Part shown: piece by piece, positions 35,176 to 40,777 of the stretch
How positions within the stretch are numbered: position 1 is the first letter of the stretch
Layout: each line of letters opens with the position of its first letter
Assembly (NCBI GenBank): GCA_030586555.1
Contig: JAURAC010000028.1
Location: 1 to 40,777, forward strand
Length of the DNA: 40,777 nucleotides
Reading direction: 5' to 3'
DNA from: Candidatus Subterrananammoxibius californiae
Lineage (GTDB): Bacteria; Planctomycetota; Brocadiia; Brocadiales; Subterrananammoxibiaceae
Notes under the pieces: generated by a model
Databases searched by the model: none
Seen by the model: only the letters and a program-made list of their open reading frames with translations
What the model was told of the DNA's origin: nothing
Program-made: the position numbers and the translations under genes

Positions 35176-37301
35176 TTGGCATACTGGGCGCAAGCATTCC
35201 AATCATTATTCATCTGATTAATAGAAAGAAGGCAACAACCCACTGGTTTGCCGCAATTGACTTCGTTCTGCAATCACACGAACGCTTTGCCGCAAGATTT
35301 AAGTTACGCCAGTTGCTTTTGCTAATCTTGAGGGCTTCTCTTGTGGGATTGTTGTCAATGGCTCTTGCAAAGCCATTCCTGAAGTCTGTTGGAGGCGCTT
35401 CTTTGAGTACGAATGTACCTACGAGCAATGTCATCATTATTGATGATTCCTACAGCATGAGTTACACAATTAATGGTTTATCACTCTTTGAGAAGGCAAA
35501 ACAGAATGCCAAACAATTAATCAGTTCTCTCGGCGCGGTTGAGGATGCTGCGATAATATGTTGTTCTAATGCTGAATCGGAGGCCGTTTCTAATTTGAGT
35601 ACCGATAAGAAAAAGCTTCTTGAGAAAATTGACAGTTTGCAACTCTCGTATTTTACGACAAAGATTGCCAGCGCTATTGAGAAAGCGTGCGCAGTTCTCG
35701 ACACCTCACAGCTAAAAGTTAGAAGGATTTTTTTACTCACCGATTTGACAAAGAATGGCTGGGATGAAAAACAATTTTCCTTAGTGAACAAGAAAATGCA
35801 GAATGGCAGGTATAAAATTATTATTACTGACGTCTCAGGTGACAGAGGGCTTAATAATATAGCCATTACGAATGTCGAAACAAGCTATGACCCAACCGAA
35901 AAGAATGGGCAAGTTGGCATCAAGATAACCGTCAACAACTTTTCACCTTTACCTGTCAGCGAATTACTCTGCCGAATAATTATAGAGAAGGATGTAATAG
36001 CGCAAGGATTTATTAACGTGGATGCAAATGCGTCCGGCACAAAAGAATTTTTCTGGGAACCTACTAAAGGGGGATATTTCACTGGCTATGCGGAAATTAC
36101 CAATGATAATTTAGTCGTAGACGATATCAGATATTTTATAATAAACATAACAAGGGATATAAACGCCTTAGTAGTGGATGGCGACCCCAAAATAAATATA
36201 TATGAAAGTGAGTCATTCTATTTGGAAAGGGCGCTTAGCCCAAGCCAGTCACTCACATCCCACATAAAATCAATTGTATGTAACCCTGCAGAAGTTAATT
36301 CATTACGCTTTAAGGACTTTGACCTTATCTTTCTGTGTAACGTAGAAACCTTATTACCTGAAAAGATTATGGAACTGCAAAAGTTTGTATTTGAAGGTGG
36401 CGGACTTCTTTTTACACTGGGTGATAGGGTTGACTTGGAATATTACAACAAGAATTTTAGCACCTTGCTTCCAAACACCCTTAGGGGGATAAATGAAATG
36501 CGGAATGAGGGGTTCGGAATGCGAAGTTCGGAACATTCCGCAATCCGCAATCTGCAATCGGAATTGGGTCTTAGCAAGGCACAATTCCAGAAGATTTACC
36601 TTGTAGACCCAGGTACAACTGGAAGTAGTTCGATAATCCTGAAGTATTCAAACGATGCCCCCGCACTTATAGAAAAACGATATGGTAAAGGGATTATTGT
36701 GCTCTTTACCTCTACCATTGACAGGGATTGGAATGACCTGCCTGTAAAACCAGTCTTTCTGCCGCTAATTCAACAATTATGTAGATACCTCACTGGTGCA
36801 TCTACGGAGGTTGGCAAAAATGATGTTCTCGTTGGGGAAAAGTACGAACTATCCGTATCCGCCACAGGCGGAGAGGATATTGGTGTCGTTAAGGTATCAG
36901 ACCCGAAGGGAAACTCAGGGAAATTACAATCAGAGGTAGTCGGCGGAGAAAGAAAGATTGTTTATACGGATACTGATTATCAGGGATTTTACACTATTCT
37001 ACTACAATTGGTCAGTCCATCCGCCTTAGGCGGATTGGATGAAGCCGTCCATACACAACTACCTCCATATTTTGCAGTTAACGTAGACACCACAGAGTCG
37101 AACCTGTCAAAAATTGAGAAGAGTGATATTACAAAGATACTGGGGGATAAGAACTCAGACATGCCTATCATTTTGGCGGGTGGCACGCCTGGGAAAGAAC
37201 ACCTCCCTGAATTTATTTCAGGGCAAAGGCAATTGTGGGGTTCAATTCTACTGATAGTCCTGTGCATTCTTTGCCTTGAGGCATTTGTTTCAAAGAAATG
37301 A
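35145..37301 (+). CDS. BatA/vWA domain membrane protein
   Basis: PIIIHLINR BatA N-terminus, DDSYSM MIDAS motif, CARDB-like and GATase-like regions, NVD..ES.L, C-terminal TM helix. Confidence 0.9.
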   Translation: MLSFFSPLFLIGILGASIPIIIHLINRKKATTHWFAAIDFVLQSHERFAARFKLRQLLLLILRASLVGLLSMALAKPFLKSVGGASLSTNVPTSNVIIIDDSYSMSYTINGLSLFEKAKQNAKQLISSLGAVEDAAIICCSNAESEAVSNLSTDKKKLLEKIDSLQLSYFTTKIASAIEKACAVLDTSQLKVRRIFLLTDLTKNGWDEKQFSLVNKKMQNGRYKIIITDVSGDRGLNNIAITNVETSYDPTEKNGQVGIKITVNNFSPLPVSELLCRIIIEKDVIAQGFINVDANASGTKEFFWEPTKGGYFTGYAEITNDNLVVDDIRYFIINITRDINALVVDGDPKINIYESESFYLERALSPSQSLTSHIKSIVCNPAEVNSLRFKDFDLIFLCNVETLLPEKIMELQKFVFEGGGLLFTLGDRVDLEYYNKNFSTLLPNTLRGINEMRNEGFGMRSSEHSAIRNLQSELGLSKAQFQKIYLVDPGTTGSSSIILKYSNDAPALIEKRYGKGIIVLFTSTIDRDWNDLPVKPVFLPLIQQLCRYLTGASTEVGKNDVLVGEKYELSVSATGGEDIGVVKVSDPKGNSGKLQSEVVGGERKIVYTDTDYQGFYTILLQLVSPSALGGLDEAVHTQLPPYFAVNVDTTESNLSKIEKSDITKILGDKNSDMPIILAGGTPGKEHLPEFISGQRQLWGSILLIVLCILCLEAFVSKK
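36497..36561. repeat. Inverted heptamer array inside the BatA/vWA ORF
   Basis: aatgcgg aatgagg ggttcgg aatgcga agttcgg / cattccg caatccg caatctg caatcgg. Confidence 0.85.
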
Positions 37302-37365
37302 ATGTACTTTATGCTTTTAATATTGTAATATAAGAAAACCTTACTTTTCTTACGCCTTCCCTATT

Positions 37366-39159
37366 ATGTTTAAAAATATTTTATTAGTATATCCAGAATT
37401 TCCAAGTACGACCTATTGGAGTTTTACCTACGCATTAGATTTCTTAGGTAAAAAAGCAGCGATGCCTCCTTTGGGGTTAATCACTATCGCACCGATGTTC
37501 CCAGAAGGCTACAATATAAGATTTATTGATATGAACGTCCAGGAACTATCAGACGATGATATTAGATGGGCTGATGGAGTATTTACATCCACTATGATTA
37601 TACAGCAAAAATCATTGAACGAGGTTATTCTCAGGTCGAACGCTTTAAACAAACCAGTAATTGCCGGGGGTCCTTATCCTACAACCTCAAGCGACAAAAT
37701 CAAAGGTGTTTCACATTTCATTTTAGGTGAAGCTGAAAATACATTGGGACAATTTATCAGGGATTTTGAAAGGGGCATTGCCAAACCAGTTTATTTCAAT
37801 CCCGACAAACCAGAATTATGGTCAACACCTATTCCAAGATTTGATTTATTAGACATGGAAAAATATGGCTCTATGGCAATTCAATCTTCAAGGGGATGCC
37901 CTTTTCAATGTGAATTCTGTGACATCTGGGGAATGTACGGAAATAAACCGAGGCTTAAAGGACCTAAAAAATTTATTGCAGAATTAGACAGATTGTTGGA
38001 ACTTGGGTGGAAAGGGTCATTGTTTGTTGTTGACGATAATTTTATTGGCAACAAAAGCGCTGTGAAAACGTTGCTATTGCCTGAAATAATAAAATGGCAA
38101 AAAAAACATAAATACCCTTTTGGACTATATACTGAAGCAAGCGTCAATCTTGCGGATGATGAGGAATTAATGGCATTAATGCAGGACGCAGGTTTTGATA
38201 TGGTATTTGTTGGAATTGAGACTCCCGCCGAAGAAAGTCTGCAAGAAAGCAATAAAAGGCAAAATGTCAAAAAAAATCTTTTGGAGAGCGTTAGAAGGAT
38301 TCAATCTTATGGAATGGAAGTTACGGCAGGATTTATTGTAGGTTTTGATAACGACCCGATAGATATTTTCCAAAGACAAATTGACTTTATCCAGGAGGCA
38401 GGTATTCCACTTGCTATGGTCGGAATGCTATCAGCATTGCGTGGCACAAATTTGTATGACAGGTTACAAAAGGAAGGAAGACTTACAGCCGATAGCGGTG
38501 GGAATAATACTCACTCTTTTGAACCAAATTTTGTTCCCAGAATGGATAGAAAAACACTCAGAGAAGGTTACAAACATATCCTCAATACAATTTATGACCC
38601 AATATTAAGGAATTATTTTCAAAGGTGCATTACTTCCATTGATAATATTAAGGGAAAAGCCAGGTTTTCAAGACGCATTGGAATTAAAGAAATAATCGCA
38701 TTGCTAAGGTTTATAGTTATCCAATTCTTTGAAGAATATAGCAAAGAATATCTAAAATTTCTTGCTAAGGTCTTAGTTAAATATCCAGCTAAATTTCCCG
38801 AAGCAATAAGATTGGCAATTATGGGACATCACCTTAGAACCATTACACAAGAAGCCCTTAAAGTTGATAGATTACATTCTTATATCAGTGAAAAAGAAAG
38901 TTTCTTTTCTGAACAATTTGATTATATCGCAAGGCATTTAAACCACAGCAATGTACAGGGCGGTGCGAACGCATCAAGACAAACTACTGAAAGATTAAAG
39001 GATTTATTTAATCATAGGAATGATGCGTTAACTTATGTGGGCAAAAGAATAAAGAACATTCACAAAGATTTTAGAGCAGAAGTTAATCAAAGATATGACG
39101 ATTTAGGAAAAAAGCTAAATGCCCTGTTTGAACACACCTCTATTATTTTAGGAGGATAG
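37366..39159 (+). CDS. B12-binding radical SAM protein with a DUF4070-type C-terminus
   Basis: MPPLGL, AGGP, SRGCPFQCEFC, VDDNFIGN and GFIVGFD.D motifs. Confidence 0.9.
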   Translation: MFKNILLVYPEFPSTTYWSFTYALDFLGKKAAMPPLGLITIAPMFPEGYNIRFIDMNVQELSDDDIRWADGVFTSTMIIQQKSLNEVILRSNALNKPVIAGGPYPTTSSDKIKGVSHFILGEAENTLGQFIRDFERGIAKPVYFNPDKPELWSTPIPRFDLLDMEKYGSMAIQSSRGCPFQCEFCDIWGMYGNKPRLKGPKKFIAELDRLLELGWKGSLFVVDDNFIGNKSAVKTLLLPEIIKWQKKHKYPFGLYTEASVNLADDEELMALMQDAGFDMVFVGIETPAEESLQESNKRQNVKKNLLESVRRIQSYGMEVTAGFIVGFDNDPIDIFQRQIDFIQEAGIPLAMVGMLSALRGTNLYDRLQKEGRLTADSGGNNTHSFEPNFVPRMDRKTLREGYKHILNTIYDPILRNYFQRCITSIDNIKGKARFSRRIGIKEIIALLRFIVIQFFEEYSKEYLKFLAKVLVKYPAKFPEAIRLAIMGHHLRTITQEALKVDRLHSYISEKESFFSEQFDYIARHLNHSNVQGGANASRQTTERLKDLFNHRNDALTYVGKRIKNIHKDFRAEVNQRYDDLGKKLNALFEHTSIILGG

Positions 39160-39160
39160 A

Positions 39161-39631
39161 ATGAGAATAACAAAGAAAGGTAGGGAAAAGTTAGAAGCAG
39201 AGCTAAAGGCTTTAAAGGACAAACGGCAGCACATTTCACAGGCAATTGGGGATGCGAGAGCCTTCGGAGATTTACGGGAAAATGCTGAATACCATGCTGC
39301 CAGAGAAGCCCAGGCGCTAAATGAGGCAAAAATTCGTCAGCTCGAAGACAAGCTGGCGAGGGCTATTTTAGTGGACGAAAGCAAATTACCGGACGGTGTT
39401 ATTGTTATACTATCCAATGTTAAACTGCGTGATTTGGATAGCGGTGACATAGAAGAGTACTCATTAGTAGGTGAAGGACATAGTGACCCCCATAGAGGAA
39501 AAATTCTTGTTACAAGTCCATTAGCGCAAGGACTATTAGGACATAAGCGGGGGGATAAGGTTAGTATAGAAGTTCCAGCCGGGAAACTCAATTACGAGAT
39601 ACTTGAAATTAGCAGAAGTGTGGACGGCTGA
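39161..39631 (+). CDS. greA: Transcription elongation factor GreA
   Basis: AR.FGDLRENAEY.AARE.Q and SPLA.GLLG motifs. Confidence 0.96.
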   Translation: MRITKKGREKLEAELKALKDKRQHISQAIGDARAFGDLRENAEYHAAREAQALNEAKIRQLEDKLARAILVDESKLPDGVIVILSNVKLRDLDSGDIEEYSLVGEGHSDPHRGKILVTSPLAQGLLGHKRGDKVSIEVPAGKLNYEILEISRSVDG

Positions 39632-39797
39632 GGTCACCCCGTATTTAATACGGGGTCGGCATTTGAAAAAAACACTTCTTACCCAGGTGTAGACGTAAGA
39701 TGGGAGACGGTTATTGTCTCCGCTTCTTACGGCTTCCCTTTTTACACATCCCACAATTCTTTCCAAGGATTCTTTTTCTTAGCATATCTTTTTGTGA

Positions 39798-39843
39798 TTG
39801 ATTAATTATAAAACAATTGTTACAATATATAACAATTGTTACA
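39798..39843 (+). promoter_or_regulatory. chrB promoter with an overlapping palindromic operator
   Basis: TTGATT-17-TACAAT. Inverted repeat AACAATTGTTA-N7-TAACAATTGTT at 39812-39840. Confidence 0.6.
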
Positions 39844-39860
39844 TTAATACAGGATGGTTT

Positions 39861-40777
39861 ATGGATAGATTTGGTTCTATGAAAGGCTACAAGTGGACCC
39901 TTTTGGTTCACCAGATGCCGCCGAAACCTACAAGCGGCCGGGTGAAGGTATGGCGTAGACTTCAGAGTATAGGAGCTATGCCAATTAAGGATTCTGTTTA
40001 TATTCTTCCCCTTACAAAAGAAGCCTACGAAGATTTCCAGTGGATTAGAGAGGAAATAATTGCTCAAAAGGGAGACGCAACAATTTTTAAGGTAGATTCC
40101 ATAGAAGGGATTAATGACGAGGATATTATCAACCGATTCCAAAGGGCAAGAGATAAGGATTACGATGAAATAGCTTCTAAGACCTTAAGCCTTAAAAAGA
40201 ATATTGAAGTAAGCATCAAAAAGTATCGGACCTCTACTATTCAGAAAGAAAGGTATGAAACTGAATTGAAGAAACTTAAGGCACGATTGAATGAGGTTAT
40301 TTCTCTCGATTATTTTCAAGCACCAAATAGGGAAAAGACAGAAAATGCTATAACGAATTGTAACGGAATAATCGAAGGTCTCAAAGTATCTCAGGAGAAA
40401 GCTCTACCAGTTGAAAAAGGCAGCCCGATTAAGATTTACAACAAAAATGAGTTTCAGATTAAGACCTGGGTAACCAGAAAAGGGCTTCATATTGATAGAA
40501 TTGCATCTGGTTGGCTTATAAGGCGGTTTATAGATAAAGGAGCAAAATTCTTTTTTATTGCAGAAGATGACATTGTGAAAAATGGCATTGGGTTTGATGT
40601 TTATAACGTAGAATTTAGCCATCACGGAGAAGACTGTACTTTTGAGACTCTACTCAAGAGGTTTGACCTGAAAGACCCTGCCTTAGTTCAGATAGCCGAA
40701 ATAGTTCATGATATAGACCTTAAAGATGGCAAATTTGGTCGTGCAGAGGCTGCGGGGATTAATCAAATAATTATCGG
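39861..40777 (+). CDS. chrB: Chromate resistance protein ChrB (runs off window)
   Basis: Manual translation: W.LLVHQ.PPKP...RVKVWRRL..IGA..IK.SVY.LP ... WVTR...HIDRIAS.WLIRRFID ... H.GEDCTFE. Absent from the ORF track because there is no stop in the window. Confidence 0.9.
   Translation, partial: MDRFGSMKGYKWTLLVHQMPPKPTSGRVKVWRRLQSIGAMPIKDSVYILPLTKEAYEDFQWIREEIIAQKGDATIFKVDSIEGINDEDIINRFQRARDKDYDEIASKTLSLKKNIEVSIKKYRTSTIQKERYETELKKLKARLNEVISLDYFQAPNREKTENAITNCNGIIEGLKVSQEKALPVEKGSPIKIYNKNEFQIKTWVTRKGLHIDRIASGWLIRRFIDKGAKFFFIAEDDIVKNGIGFDVYNVEFSHHGEDCTFETLLKRFDLKDPALVQIAEIVHDIDLKDGKFGRAEAAGINQIII

Noticed and set aside
37366..39159. Assigning the radical SAM enzyme to hopanoid methylation or ladderane synthesis
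   Set aside because: The family is broad and no pathway genes are adjacent. Phylogeny would be required.
39711..40625. Minus-strand ORFs of 143 aa and 73 aa
   Set aside because: Antisense to the clear chrB reading frame.

Overview
Bacterial chromosomal window. The gene set suggests a Planctomycetota / Ca. Brocadiia-like organism, but this is inference. The core genes are an M48 peptidase, ydbH-ynbE-ydbL, htrA, lgt, panD-panC, moeA-lnt, yggT, an alginate-export-type porin, hflX, a sodium:solute symporter, a DnaJ-TPR protein, pckA, a UbiA-family prenyltransferase, moxR-DUF58-BatA/vWA, a B12 radical SAM enzyme, greA and a partial chrB. Small accessory genes are scattered between them: Uma2, several toxin-antitoxin pairs (some broken), a four-helix-bundle gene and a stand-alone SIR2 protein. 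There is also a 1263-aa secreted Zn-PLC/P1-like beta-propeller protein. No rRNA, tRNA, CRISPR array or transposase was seen. The most unusual signal is a dense population of very small repeat elements. (1) The four-helix-bundle gene is enclosed by ~50-bp inverted arms built from 7-mers and sits between a promoter and the next gene's start codon. (2) About ten more gene-less 7-/8-mer arrays occur at gene junctions and inside ORFs. (3) A 15-bp palindrome, TCCGCCnnnGGCGGA, lies in frame (S-A/T-x-G-G/A) in four housekeeping proteins and is also nested inside other REP-like elements.
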